NCBI GenBank assembly: GCA_043228905.1 | Contig: JBHGNT010000004.1 | Coordinates: forward strand, 23,312,001-23,376,000 | Length of the DNA: 64,000 nt | Reading direction: 5' to 3' | Origin: Azolla caroliniana | Lineage: Eukaryota > Plantae > Polypodiophyta | Part shown: positions 1 through 15,225 of the stretch, one piece after another | Numbering within the stretch: the stretch's first letter is position 1 | Layout: every line of letters starts with the position of its first letter | Notes under the pieces: generated by a model | The model's input: the letters and a program-made list of their open reading frames with translations, nothing else | What the model was told of the DNA's origin: nothing | Databases searched by the model: none | Position numbers and translations under genes: made by a program

Positions 1-429
1 AGGGTGAAGCATGTGATCAACATCCAAAATTATGGGAACCTAGGGGATGTGAACTACAAGCCTCTCTCAAAATGGATCTTGACAATTTTGCCTCTCATGC
101 ATACATAGCACCAACTATCCGCATTGAAGGCGTCCGTCCACCTATCAACTGAGTGATCAATCCATGTTGCAGCACTCCACGATGTTGTTCCTTCCGCTTC
201 ACATGCCGCAAGGAGGCGAGTCACTCTATCCCATACATTTGAGCTTGAGAGCAATCCCACAGACAATGTCTTAAAGTCTCAATAGGTGAAGAGCAAAGTG
301 GGTAACCTAACTTGCCGCCACGTTTACCTAGCCATTCGCCAACGGGAACCACATTATAACCAATCTGCCACCCAAAGAGTTTGATCTTTTCACCCTTACT
401 TTTATATTCATCAAATTACCTATACATTT

Positions 430-1360
430 GGGAAATTATCAAAATGCCCCAAATTTGGCAAATTTCTACAAGATGTTGGCATGTAAAGTAATTATATAGA
501 TGTTGCAAAAACCATGTCCATTGTCTACATCCTCATTATCAATGACAATAGAGGCAATAGGAAATAAACCTCTTGTAGCATCAATATAGTAAATGTGTCA
601 ACATACTTACTAGTCAAAAAAGTGGCATCAAGTTCCACATATTGTCTCTTGAAATCCACTCAAACATGCTTCATAGGTAATGAATAGTTTATAAAAACAA
701 CCTTGACAATCTTCACTCATAGGTTCACGTCGTGGATTTCTTTCATCCAATGTCTTTGCACAAATTCATGTATCCTGTTTTGCAATCTCCATTGATTACG
801 TCGAGAATAATGTCTTTAGGGTTGTAAGTCATTCTGGACGAAATAGTAGCACCTGCTTCTCTACAAAAATCACTAGTTAATTTGGTCAGTTTACAGTGTT
901 GGTATTCCCTAGAGTCCCCCATTAATTTCCTTGCTGAAGAACCTTTTTTATTTCTCAATTGTTAGGCTAAAAAACAATTGTGCTCTCAAATTGCACAAAA
1001 TTTGCATCTTGAACCATTGCATATTATAAAAGCAAAAACAAATGCACAAACATTTCGTTTGCATTGCAAGCTATATCTACACTTGTTCGACTTCACCAAT
1101 ATGAATTCAAGTGGTTGATACAATAGCATGTATCTCGGCAACATCCTATACATAAATTAATGAATCTATGTGGTTCCCTTTTGACAATTCCATCACCAAT
1201 TTAAGAAACAAAAAAACCCCTTTATGTGTCATATCTACGCCTTGAGAGAATCCTATTCTATCATAATTAAGCCTTGAGCAATTCATTGATGAACTGACCA
1301 TGCACATTTGTGTGATGAAAGAAAATGTATATTTGTTTGAAGGAAGAAAAGGTGCATACC
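430..1360 (-). mobile_element. Degenerate Mutator/MuDR (MULE) transposase remnant
   Basis: Minus-strand translation across frameshifts gives YVELDATFLTSKY and DATRGLFPIASIVIDNEDVDN(W)TWFLQHL. These match the MULE transposase motifs LDGTFLKGKY and FPLAFAIVDxExxxNWxWFL. A MuDR-like FILVKSNKxRY..C segment lies near 1060-1110. Confidence 0.7.
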
Positions 1361-4300
1361 CCCAATGACAAGACCTCAAGAAATCTCACGTGGCAAAACT
1401 GGTGGTGTTGTTGCTAAGATGCTAGAAGGCTGGTGGAATTGGTGGTGTGGTGCTTGAATTATGCTGATATTGAGTCACCAAAAGCTTTTGTGTTCCCTTT
1501 GTTTTTGTTGTTTGGGTAAAGAGAGTATTTTGGATACTTTCTTAATAGTTTAGGGTATTTTGAGAAATAGAAAAGTAAAGTTTATTTTGACCATTTACCC
1601 TTTAAAGTATTGTAGAAAGAGAATGATTATGGTATTTTAAGTATGTTAGAAGGAAAATGTTCTTGATAATAATTGTCTTGTCTTGTGGCTTGGGTTAAAT
1701 TATTGTAGTCACAAGATAACCAATACCATAATGCAATGAATTATTATTGAGCTTACCTTGTAATGAAGATATCATAAGTAACATTAGCATTAGCATGGAA
1801 AAGTGTAGCACACAACGATCACATCATGTGATCCTCTTTGCATTGTCATGTCATCATTTAGCTCAATTTAAGAGATGTTGCAATGAGATGCCACATGATC
1901 ATGCGTGCGTCCATGTAAGCCAACATATTTGAGCTATTTTCAAGTAAATAAACAATAAGTTGAAAGGATATGAAAATAAAATATGTTAGCATTAAAAAAT
2001 AATCTTTACTAAACTTAGAATGCCATATAGAGTTGTGATGAACTTGGTGGATGACACTCTACAACTAGTAACAATTGTATTTATGAAAGTAGATTAATAA
2101 TCATGGTAAATCTAGCAAAGATAATGCCAATTGCCAGCTTTACATTATATATTTGAATGATTACACTAATTTGCATGGACAATATGTATCTCAAGTTTGT
2201 GAAGTGATATTTTTTTCACCAAACATAATTGCCTTTCTTATTCTTATGTCATTAGTGTATGGGAGAAGCAAACTAGCTTCAACATGCACATTTCATTTGT
2301 GTTTGTGCACCGTTGTGTGTGCATATCCTATTGGACTAGTGGTTGCATTAGTGTCGATAGATATCGTTTGTGTTTGTGATATTGCCCATACATTTGCATA
2401 TTCATATCTTTTCTTTCATGTAAATGATTATGACTTTGATTCCCTTAGTGTTGATTATATGTACAATTTACAAATGGATTTGGTTTTTGACACACATTTT
2501 ATTGTAGCTTAACAAGGCGTTGATGCTTGAATGCCTTAGTGTCAATTATATGTACAATTTGCAATTGCGTCTCGTTCTTTTATAGCTTAACAAGGCTTTA
2601 ATGTTTTTCCCAAATGTTTGTAATGCTTGCTTGGGTACTCAATGTAAATTGCTATTGCGCGGCACACCACAACTCATGCTACATGACATTTGTCTCAAGT
2701 TATTATTGGGTTACTAATGATGTATACTTGTAACCAAAGCATTGTGAAATATACCAAGGTCTTGGTTATGTTTGTAGTGAGTCTCTAATGAGTACTTTGA
2801 GCATTTATGTTTATAAAATGAAACACATGCATGATTTTGCTTATTAATCTTTCTTGGTGGCTTGAGAGTAAATTTTTGTTTAACAAGGATTTGGATCGAA
2901 GTGCTTTTTGTACAAACATTTATCATTGTTTGTTTGTATCGAGGATATTTTAGGTTTTCTTTATATAAACCCATTTGTTTAGATATTAATATTGAAAATT
3001 GTTAATAAACGTGCACCTAGCTTCTCGCAAATAAAATATTTACAAAGATATTAGGTTTCTTCATTCATATCATTATGATGTGAACTAGCGAATTACGATA
3101 AGTGAGGTGGGACTTTTTTGTTGGTGCAACACTGGGCATTGGATTTTTGGTAAGCACATTGTTGCTCAATAGGTGTAATTTAACCTACTTCATGTGGTTG
3201 GAGGCCATTATTTGAGCTAGGAAACATGAAGGTTCAAGGCCCTTCTATGTGGTTGTACAAAAAACCAACATTAGGATAGTTGGGTAGTGTAGTGCCATAT
3301 GTTCGAAAGTGTCGCTTGGACCAATTATAAGATGAGATGCTCGTGTTACATGCTCACAATTTCATATTTATGATGTAGTACAACATCGCAAGCTAAGAAC
3401 AAACTTTTTAACAAAGTGTGCATATCCTGCGTACTCAAAACTATGGCAAGAAGTTGTTTCAATTCAAAGGAATTCTCTAACCTCATCTATACAAATATTG
3501 CAATTGCATTAATCTACTATATATGAAGATTTATCATGAAGAGTTACTTTGGACGTTGCTATGGGACTTCAAATTGAAATGCTAATTTGGTGTCAACTTT
3601 ATTAAACCATTCAATGTGGTTGCCTACGATAATTCGAACTTCAATATTACATACCATTTTCGGGTTTCTTGTAAATTTGAATTGAAATGATGATAATATT
3701 TTTGAAATAAATTCTGCACATGGATCCCTCAAAGTATGATGAGGTAAATATTTTCGTCACATGGATTATCATTGTGATATATTCACTATGTACATATATG
3801 GACACTAAACCCTAAACATACATGAGTTAAAAGTAACTTGTCACCATGGACATTCTCTTAAGAAGAATTATATAAATATCATCGATAGCCCATTGAAGGC
3901 TCCCCGATTGAGTACACATATTTATTCCACATCAACAATAGAAATTTTCCTTATTTCTACTTCAAATCTATGATTTTAGAGCGATCTGTAGGAAAATGTG
4001 TAACATAATCAGCATTATGTTGATAGAAAGTATGGAAAATAATGCCCATACATAGAGTAACATAAATAAAGTGGTTAGTTCTATATTCCAACTTTTTTCC
4101 ACTTTAAGCATGCAAACTGATTATCACACGATGATGTAAACGTATATCTTTGTGCCTTCCTTAAGAATGCCTTACGTCTATTGCAATCAAAAGGTTAACA
4201 TTGGTGTTGATGATTGTTGGGATTCCTTACATCACATGTACCACTTTTAACATTTAAATGACCCATCATAATGAGATTTCACCTCTAATCATGACATTTA

Positions 4301-4538
4301 TAAACCCAATTCAACATTACCATGCATGCTAACTAGCAAATCTAGCCATATATGTATCCCAATGAATGAATTATGGTAGCCTCTTAGAGGTTACCGATAG
4401 CATCCTACACGCGTAGACTTAATCTATGACAAGTAAAAGAGCTTGACAATTTAATCACTTTCAATATTCTAAATTTCCAAATGTAACATTTAACATTCTA
4501 GATGCATGCTACACTCCAACACCTTATATGAATGTTGA

Positions 4539-4838
4539 TAGGAGTGCAACGAGGAACCGACAATGGTTCGGTTTTCAGCTTAACCGGTTTGGAAGTATTC
4601 AAACTTGAACCAAATCGGTTCCTAAACTGGTTAAGACTTAATTAGTTTCACCAAATCGGTTTGGACAAACCATTTAGCCTTAACCGATTTGGCTCAATCC
4701 GGTTTTGTTCAATTCAGCTTGAGACTTGCCAAACTAACCTCAAACCGATTCAACGAAGCTCAAGCCTAAACGGAGCCGAACCACTGAACTGTTTTTAGTG
4801 GCTCATTTTAGGCTTGAATTGAGTTGTGCTGACTCCTA
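4539..4838. mobile_element. Degenerate GGTTCGG/AACCG-rich MITE-like element
   Basis: Dense AACCG/CGGTT motifs like those in the elements at 38042 and 62186. Ends are TAGGAGT...ACTCCTA. No clear TSD was found. Confidence 0.45.
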
Positions 4839-7800
4839 AGTGCAACATTTCCAAACTAGATGGAGCATATGCCAAATATTCATGTTTAGTTAAAGAGACA
4901 CGAGTTTAATAAAAACATGAGAAAATACGATTGAAGACATCAAACAAAGTAAATTATATGTGCATACAATTACAACATAGTGTAAATTATACATATATGC
5001 ATACATTGGTAAGAAGTGTTATGACACATAAGTTTAGTATTTCTATGGAACATCATGTCATGCTTTTATTTCCTACTACCATACAACATATGATAATATA
5101 ATAGCATCCAAGTTATAACATTTTATCTTTCATATGCATGATCATAGAGCGATGAATAACTTTATCATAGGCCTTTGAAAACTTAGGTGTTAGTGATGTA
5201 ATGTGTCTGCACATTTATTACCTAGTGTAACAAGGCTGAGAGACTAGGATACAAAGACGATGAAGGGAATTAAGTGGTCTATGCATGTAAATGTGAACAT
5301 AGGAACTAAACGATTGCTCTTGGTTCAATGCGATCTATGAATAAAGGAGAGCAAAACAAAGCTTGGTCAAGGAAAACATAATTATGCAAGAGGCTGCGTA
5401 AATGATGCTTAATTGCAAATGTGGACATTCAATCTCCCATGTCTCATGTTTTCTATGCATGGGAATGCCTTGTGGGTTTTGAGGGTTCATTTCCTTATGA
5501 GTTTGCCAACTCTTTTTCTTTGTAAATCAACATGTATAGTACTAATTGCTAAAGAGTTGGACTATACTCGGTTTAAACTAGGCTATCTAGAAGATGCATG
5601 TGTATGATGCAACTTGGTTTCTTTTGTTTTATGTATAGGCCCACTAAGTTATTCCTCCATGAATCATGGGCATGATGAGCATTGAGTTGCGTTATATAAA
5701 TGACGCATGGTTTGATGCTATATGAATGGGATGATATTTATGAGATAGGGTTCACCTGAAGCCGGAAGGCACAACGAGTTATAGGCCAATGTCACATGCA
5801 TGTGGAAGATGGTGTACAGGATGTAAAAGTACAACAAAACTATTATTTGAAGATTGGAGACCCAAGGGAAACCCATGTAAAGAATTCCTATTATGTTTCC
5901 ACAATAAAGTTATTTTTAATAAATTTGTCATGGGAAATTCTTGTGTTAGATTGATGTACATGACGAAGAACAACCAACAAGTGAACATCTTTAGGGGCCA
6001 ATGTAGATTAATGTGTCCCACTGAACATCTTTAGTGGCTTAATGAGAATAAGTAAATAATTAACATGGAATAAATTTGTGAAGACAATAGAAACAACCAT
6101 AGTGAATGTATAAATACTTTGTGAAGCACATGCTCAATGATTTAACAATTTGTCACATGGTTCATATCCGTTTTCAATTCTGGTGACACTCTTTAATCCT
6201 TAAGCTTTATTTATGGCAAATCGTCAACAATCTTGTTTATTTGCACACATATTTTGAGTGGCTATATTTAATTGGGCCTCAAAATTAAAGTATTGTTGGC
6301 TTGCCAATGCTACTTATTTATATGTGCATAGTTTTCCACTTCTAACATATTTCCCATTTTTGTTCCGTTTTAGCATTACCTTCCTAGAAAGGGCAAATCT
6401 ATTGTTTTTAAGAATCTTAGTTTGGAAAGGCTTTAGTAAAGCCTGAAACTTTCAGAGGCAACAAATAAGATAACAGAGGAAGCTAAATTAAAAATTCTTA
6501 CATGATTGTAATTTAGTAAGTCCAGATTGAACTTGCATTTATGACTTACAAGGATTGGAAGAAATAGAGAAAAGAAGTAGACAATCTCAATCATCTCGTA
6601 AGTCTCAACCCTTTAAATAAAGCCACATCGCAATACTATAGTCTATAAATGACGTCTAAATGTATAGATGAGATTTTGTATACCACCGAGTGTTACGTTG
6701 ATCCCTACCTTTGATATTAATGAATGAATATACCTTTGGTTGTTAACCGTTTCAATGATCAATACCCACTTAGCTTTCTAGGACACAAGGTCAACATTAT
6801 TTATTTTTGAGCTTAATTCAATAGTATACATCACATGTTTGGCTTCATTGTTGTTGAGTATGCCCATTACATAGATTTGACATCATTTAATGTTGGGTGG
6901 GATAGTTTATTCATACATTGATCATGTGCATTGTATAGTGACCTTCATTTGCAATCCATATCACATCCATCACATTCACACAACTTAATGGCTTGCCATC
7001 TTATGTATATTGATTGAATCAATTGCATTCTTATTTTCCCACATACATTATTTATATTATTTGCATTAATGAGGGATAACGTCTTAGTATTGATGTGCCC
7101 TTCATTAGTGGGTTTAGTCTTTATTTAATAAGAACTAGATGTCCACAAATCTTGTTTGAACCTTACGAAACACTAATGACATAATAAGCTATTATACAAT
7201 TAGTACATCATATTTGATTACATGGCTAAAAAACTCTCCATCTTCAAAAGAAATATTGCACTTAGTCTCAAAAAACATTTTAGGGTAGTCTATTAGTGCT
7301 CAAAACTTGAATTACAATTTTGCTAGAAATGGTCGGCATACATCTTACATATGGGGTGTCATCTTCTTGTTGTCCAATGTCGCCTCTTGGATAGATGTGC
7401 ACATTAAACATGAAATCTTGAAAGGAAAAAGTGAGTGTTACACTGACTGTCGATCAGTAATTGTAACTGTGTGTATTCTTAATATATCATCCGTTCTTGA
7501 GGGGTAGCCTTGTGTGTCGAACTTGTGTTCCGAAATATAGTCTGTGTAATTGTAAGTTTGTAATTGGTTGTAGCTGATTTGACAAGATACTTGTTAGTGT
7601 GTTCCCTACGCAGCTTAAGATCAGTCTATATCCCCGAGTGTAGTGCGGATTAGACAAGCTCAGGTATCCATTGAGAGAGTCATCTGAAAACCTTTAGGGA
7701 GGAGTGACCTCCCTAACTCCCGTACTGGGCTAGATACACAATGGATGAGACGACCTGAAATCCCTTTCTCCTTCCGACTACAACCACCTTGATCCGATTA

Positions 7801-7842
7801 CGTGGAGGTAGTAATCGAGAGTGTGTTCCTCTAGAAAGGGGT

Positions 7843-7990
7843 AAGAAAAACTTTTGAATAATTGGAATCTCATTCTATGCATTAAGAAGGATAGTACCCC
7901 CTCACGCTTCTATCCCATAAAGCAAGACTTGAGTTACCATGGCATTAAATAACATTAGTTTCACTTCCAATCCATGAGTATCACTTCGTT
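7843..7990 (-). mobile_element. LINE ORF2 fragment (post-RT region), related to the LINE at 53.7-55.4 kb
   Basis: Translation EVKLMLFNAMVTQVLLYGIEA*GGTILLNA*NEIPIIQKFFL aligns by eye with [30 protein letters not shown] at about 53850-53940. Confidence 0.65.
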
Positions 7991-10506
7991 CATTGATTCT
8001 CCATCATATAATGGTTTTTACAACTATCTTGACACCTAGACTCACAACATACATGCCATTTATTTTTGGAATGTGTGTGACCATTGTTGGTCTTAGGGAA
8101 ACTAGTGGGTCAACCATAATTGATGTTGCATGTGTGTATTTCTTCTTCGTGTTCCATATTTTTAGGGGCAACTTTATTTGATTAGATTGTTGACTGACTT
8201 TTTGTGGATTTATTCTCTTGGTTCAAATACACATACATTACTTGTTGATGCCATGAGGGAGGTGCAGGTTTGTGCATGTCATGTGCTTTTTGTAGCTATT
8301 TCCTCTTGTAGTTGTGTGATTCTGGTTGGTAAATGTACACTCGAACAAGACGCAGGCGAGATATTCTTGTTCTTCCTGGACATAAGGAAGAAGAAGAACC
8401 ATCCCTTTACCAACAAAGATTGTTCCAGGATAATAATAAGTTTTGGTTTTTGAAATCAAGTAGTGTACCTCAAAGAAACCACACATGTTCACCACCTTTG
8501 AGTGGTTGTTTCCATAAAAAGCAAGAGGACACAAGTATAAATGTAAACTTAAAACACTTCACAATCACACCCCATCATGCAAACACAAAATGTCCAATAG
8601 TAGCATGTCAAAAAGTTAGAACACCCTTAATACTAAACCTTGAGCATGACAAAATGAGACACTTACATGTCAGGTTATAGCCAAGAGCAAGATTGATCGA
8701 AGAGGGATTTAAGAGAAATAAGAGAAAAATGTAGGTGTATGAACAAGAAGAACAAGATTATAAGAATACACGAAAGACTAACATTGAACCCTAATTAATG
8801 GTTCATCAATGATTAAAGCACCCGCTTACATGCGTGATTGGACACATGCATGCTCATCACCTCACGTGCATGATCTCCACTTGGTATTCATGCAATCATT
8901 CCCTTTGGTGATAATGTAGTAGCTAGCATGAAGTGATATCTCATACTATCATGTGTTTACTCTAGATTATCTTAATATATCTTAATTCTTAAGGTAATGA
9001 GCATCCTTTAAAGGATTCATGGGTTTAATTTTTTCCATGGATCTTTTTAATATGTATGTTCATCACATTAACAATGAGTTCCACATGTGGCAATGAACAA
9101 ACTAGGACTTGTAATATCGAAATATCGATGACGAAATTCAACTATAGGTTTTGTTGCAGTAATGAGATTTTTAACATGAACCTAAGTTTGATCACTAGGT
9201 GTATAGCCTAACCAATTAAACAGATAATATAAATTATTGCATACACACCAAATTATAAATTGGTCCCCATTTCACACATTACATTACATATATTTCACCA
9301 ACTTACAAAACCTATTTACTCTCTAAAACTATGCTCTATCAATTCATGCTACTTAATTCACTCTCTTTGATGTTCAATAGTGTGTTGGGCCATAGGCAAG
9401 TAGACTCATTGATTGTGCATATTTTTCCTTGAACAAGCTCATGAATTTGATTTGAATAACACACTTAGAATGATGTCTTGTCTTTTGTAATATTCAAGTA
9501 AACTTTGCACACATTGTCAACCAAATCAGACCCCAAACCCTACATATATTTCTCTCATGAACATAATGTGCACTATCAAATTCATAATGCATTAGTGAAA
9601 TTCTTGAACATCAATGTTGGGTACTCATTGTCACACATACTATCTGAAAATATTTCACTTTTTGTTTCATAGCTTATATTTGATTTGCAAGGATGATAAT
9701 AAAGATCTCTTTCTTTGTTTATAAAAATAGTGCATATATTAAAACATCATGATAAACTCGAAAGCCCTTGTTGACCCTACTATAATAATGAGGATTTTAT
9801 GGCAAGGTAAACCTTTTAAGGTGTTGTAACACTAGCTGGCAAAATGCAACTTGTTGATGATCCATAGATCCCAATACCTAAGGTAGTTAACCACTACCTC
9901 ATATGGAGAGTGTACCCATTTTGTATATTGCAGTTGTACCATAGGTTCCAAAACCTAAGTTAGTCAACCACTACCTTATATGATGAGTGTAAACCCTAGC
10001 TCTTTGAACCCTTAGAAAGGGTGATGAAATGTTCTTCATTAATGTTGCTCACATTTAGGACTTAACAACTCAAATGACTTCAGAAGCTAGGCTTGAAGGA
10101 ATTTTTACATAGCATCATCCTTGATATTTTTAAAGAAAAATCATGTCCCTCAATGGCTTGTCAATAACCACCAATTCCAAAACAAGGGGCACAAGAAAGG
10201 CAAAGGTAGGATTGATTCCCAGGTATGATCATATCTAGGACACATATGAAGCTTAATTTGCATAGTTTTGATTCTTGAATGCCATGGTTTTCCTATATGG
10301 CACTAAAACACATATTGCACAGTTCCAAAGAAATCTTCACAATGTTACCATGGCATGAAATTTTGAGACATTGTTTTCCATCCCAATGTAGGATACACGA
10401 TGATGCAAGCATGTCTATGTCTTTGGTAGAGAATTGATATATTGTCTACACTCACAATGTTGTCACTTGACACATCTAAAAGTTCGTTGGCATAAGAGTG
10501 TGTATG

Positions 10507-10612
<106 letters not shown>

Positions 10613-12914
10613 GAATGTATGATAGATCAAAATTGGCCTCTTTATGGACAATACAAATTCTAATTCTAATGTACAATAAGTTGAATATCGATACCTCTAG
10701 AATGAAGGTTGTCCTTATGAAGACTCAAAATAAGGATAATTCATCATCGGAAATTATAAATGATTCAAGCTTCAAGGTTTCATATATGGAATGAATGTGT
10801 AATATACATGATGGAGGAGAAATTAAATGTTGCGTTCTCAAGAAACACCTCTTTGACACTTTGGCCAATAATGCTTCTTTATGGGATGGTCATGTCCCTT
10901 AAATGCCCAAAATTGTTTTCATATTAAGTTTGTTCAAGTCAAGCTACAACACTACATGTGCTCCTATTTCTTGAGATATATCACTTCCCATTGAGATTGT
11001 GGTCGTGGGAAGAATTGTTTAGTAAATATTTAAGGTTTTAAAAGGAAACCCACATATTAATGTACATGGAGATAATCCCTACCTGTGAGGAAGCTTGGTC
11101 TGGGTACAATGCATCATGGACCAACAAAGAACCTTCTTGACGAATAATCTCTAATTAGCTCCAATAAACAAAATTACAACATCAATAATCTTTTAAACTT
11201 TTGTAGATATGCTCTAATTCCACGCCTACCATTAAATACAAATGTATTTTGCATATCCCATTTATGTTGCAATGGTAATATCTCAAGAATTCAAGCCGAG
11301 TTGTGTAAATTGTGCAAACACCCAGGAGTCGGAAAAGCAAATTGACATTGCATGAAACAACAAGTAATATATTCTAATCCACATCTCTTTAAATCTAATC
11401 CACATTTTGTAGCTCTTGCTAGATATTTAACCCATAATTCGGCAAGATTCATAATAATCATTATGCTTCAATAATATATTCTTTGATCTCTATTTCTCGC
11501 CTTAAACTAGAGCTCCTTAGCCTACCCTAATCTTGCAAAGCCTCCTATTTTTTTATTGTCTAGCATTAGTTGGATGTGCATATATTTGTGGCTAAGAAAT
11601 TCAAAGCTTGGTTTGTATTATAGTTTTGTGTGTCTTCTTTTATGCTAATGTCTTTATGTGCTTTGATTCATAAATGATTAAACATTTAAGGTAAGCCTAC
11701 AAGTCTATCACTATCTTAAGAACATTTTACTCAAGATTAAGCAGATGAGCTATTCAGACATATCATTATCATAAAGTAGGTTAGTAGTTATAAGCATTCT
11801 CGTCCATAATCTTAGAACATGAAGGAAATAGTTAGCACACTGTGTTGACCATGCGACATGGTGCCACTATGCAGGAACCAATAACCACTCGAAAGTGATC
11901 AAATTGAACTTTTTGTTAAGCTCCTAAATGCCACAAACAACTAGTGAGAAGAAACATTTTTTCCACAAACCCTAAATTTTGTGTTCATTTGTTTTCTGTA
12001 AGTTTGGTTGGTTTTTTTAATTTATGAAAGCTTTATGTTCATTGGAATGCATATATTTTTTTTTTTCAAAACAAAATATCCTTCCATTAGTTTTAAAAAA
12101 CCTATCAAGTACAAACTACAAAAGAGATGAAAAAGAAGAGGAAAAAGGACTATCCCAATGACTAGCCATGGATCCTGCCGCCTACTTTCATTATACCAGA
12201 AAATGTCATCATAATAATTAGACACCTTACAAAGGCCTTCAAGGATAGCGTTGTATAACATCCTCATTCTTATCCTACTCAATATATCCCAATAACATGG
12301 CAAGCTGTTGTATCATATCTCCTCGAATCATATGTGATAAATGGCGACCTTCAACTTGCCTTCATTACATAAGACTTTGCAAGTATAATTATTCGTGATC
12401 GCTCCAACATGTATGCTATCATCTTAAAACCGTAGGTCCAATCAAAGCTTCAACCATTGCTTCACAATGTCTTGTATATCCTGAGTAAACAAGCTTCCAA
12501 CCTGGTTCTATATTCCCTCCATTCTCTTGAAACTACCCCATATACATGAAGACAATGAACCACTTGTATGCTCACACAACTTCGGAGAACCATATCATGC
12601 AGAACATTCTTTAAATTACATCGTTCTGCCACATCCATTCCTTGTTGGAAATGAAAACCTTGATCCTTCATATTAGCATAACTTTCGCGAACATCCTAAG
12701 GATCACCCATTTCTTTCCACCAACAATAAATTCTCATATTGTGCTCATGATTCAATTATTGCTCCACCTTTACAGTACCAATCTCCGCTGATCCATGCTC
12801 AACATATCTTGTAATAAATGCATTTCACAAGAGAACATGTTTTTTTGCAAGAATATCATTTACATCTCGAATTGAAATATCATCCACTGTTTTTTGTGTT
12901 TTTTTTCAAGATTG

Positions 12915-13265
12915 GCACATATAGCATTCATATCCAACAAAGCATTCCCAAGCTCAATATTGTCTTCTAACAGCCTCTTACTCATAATTTCAATGTGATT
13001 TTCTATGCATGTCAATCACTCTTTCACTGCCACCTTGGCAAACTTCTCAAGGCCAAAATCAGTGCATCCCACATCCTTGTATCTCGAAATCAAAGTTGAA
13101 AATATTTCTTAGAAAAAAAATCTCTGTTGAGCCATGATCCACTTATCGACATATAGCATATGTCCAACAAAGCCTTTCCAAGCTCAATATTGTCTTCTAG
13201 CAGCCTATTACTCATTATTCCATTGCGAGTTTTTGTGCCTATTAACACTCCTACAGTGCCACCTG
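12915..13265. repeat. Diverged direct repeat, about 230-bp spacing
   Basis: CATATAGCA..TCCAACAAAGC.TT.CCAAGCTCAATATTGTCTTCTA.CAGCC occurs at about 12918 and about 13150. Confidence 0.75.
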
Positions 13266-13429
13266 TTGGTAATATCCTGAAATTAGCGTATTTTTAGAAT
13301 CCATAACCTGAACTGGAAGTCCCTCTTTCCTCATAGGTAAAGCACACAAGATGAGGGTCATATGGCGGCCTTCTAGCGTCTTCGATTACTTTGTCTCCAC
13401 ACAAAGAAGTTGCATCGTGAAACACCATC

Positions 13430-14845
13430 CTTCTTCAACTTGCTCATAGTTAGCTATACGTACAACATGCTACCAATTGTCTCCACTCATCCTCCCTAGA
13501 AAAAAAGAAAAAAAGAAAACCACTCCCCAAATTTGAAAAGTAAATGAAACATAATCTATCCTCCTTGTCACTCCCTAGAATGGCTTCAACATCCTTTAAC
13601 ATCCTTTAACATCATCCATCTCTGCCCCACAATAAAAAGATTTACTCATAAGGATGACTTCCCCAAGCAAAGGCAAACCACTCTTGTAATTTCCACTTTC
13701 AATGTACACAAAGTAGCTGCATCTTGAGACAGTCTTCTATTTTCCACATTTAACCTACTTATAAATGGCAAAACATAAGGCATGGTACCAAATGTATACA
13801 TCCTAGTACAATGCCTTTTGACAGTTTGTCTCCACTCATCCTCCCCAGAAAAATGAGAAAACCACTCCCCAACTTTGAAAAGTCATTGAAACATAATCTA
13901 GCCTCCATGTCACTCCCTAGAAGTACTTCAACATCCTTTAACATCATCCATCTTTGTCATAAACACGAAGCAAAAAGATTTCCCCCATAAGGATGGCTTC
14001 CCCAAGCAAAGCCAAACCACTCTTTTAATTCCACTTTCAACGTACACAAAGTAGTTGCATCTTAATGCAATCTTCTATTTTCCAAATTCAACTTGCTCAT
14101 AGTTAGCAATACATAAAACCTACTATAAATGTATACATCTTAATACAATACCTTTTGACAGTTTGTCTCCACTCATCCTCCCCAGAAAAATGAGAAAACC
14201 ACTCCCCAAATTTGAAAAGTAAATGAAACATAATCTATCCTCCTTGACACTCCCTAGGATTGCTTCAACATCCTTTTACATCATCCATCTTTGTCACAAG
14301 CACAAAGCAAAAAGATTTTCCCATGAGGATGACTTCCCCAAGCAAAGCCAAACTAGTCTTCTATTTTCCACTTTCAACGTACACAAAATAGTTGCATCTT
14401 ATGACAATCTTCTATTTTCCCCATTCATACATAAGACCTACAACCAAATGTATACATCCTAGCACAATACCTTTTGACAATTTGACTCCAATCATCCTTC
14501 CCAGAAAAATGAGAAAACCACTCCCCAAATTTGAAAAGTAATTAAAACATAATCTAGCCTCCCTGTCACTCCCTAGAACTGCTTCAACATCCTTTAACAT
14601 CATCCATCTTTGTCACAAGCACAAAACAAAAAACGGAATAAATAAAAATAAATAAATTCACATAAGGATGACTTCCCCGAGCAAAACCAAACCACTCTTC
14701 TATTCTCCACCTTCAACCTACTCACATTCAACCTAATGCCAAATGTATACCTCCTAGTAAAACACCTTTTTAGAATTTATCTCCACTCATCCTCCTCAGA
14801 AAAATGAGAAAATCACTCCCCAAATTTGAAAAATAAATGAACCCC
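13430..14845. repeat. Tandem array of about 4.5 diverged 295-350 bp units
   Basis: The anchor CTCCACTCATCCTCC..AGAAAAATGAGAAAACCACTCCCCAAATTTGAAAA recurs at about 13481, 13830, 14167, 14486 and 14781. Confidence 0.9.
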
Positions 14846-15099
14846 ACCGTTGAATAGTTATAGTAAATGCTTCATCCAACACCCTCCATCAACTATAGAA
14901 GAAAATCTATCAACTAATACGAAATAAGTTACAATAAAGAATATTTAACATAAAACTCCATATCACTCCATAGAAATGCTTCATCACATCCACTCACTAT
15001 CCATTCTAATAGTACTAATAAATACTTCATCCACACTCACCACACTCATCCTCCTTGTATATGTAAGTATGTATATATATATTTATATATTTATTTTAT

Positions 15100-15225
15100 C
15101 TAGTCGCTGGATGCTGGTGTCGCCGCCGGATGACGACGCCGGATGCCGCCGCCGGATACCGGTGCCGACGCCGGATGCCGACGCCGGATCCCGTCGGATC
15201 ACCGGCTCCATCGCCGGTCCGGTTT
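15100..15225. repeat. GC-rich GCCGGAT/GACGCCGG minisatellite-like patch, possibly a DNA transposon subterminal repeat
   Basis: Repeated CGCCGGAT(G/A/C)C units sit in otherwise AT-rich DNA. Confidence 0.7.

Noticed and set aside
7680-7765. Hammerhead ribozyme
   Set aside because: Neither strand has the CUGANGA...GAAA core in the right helical arrangement.
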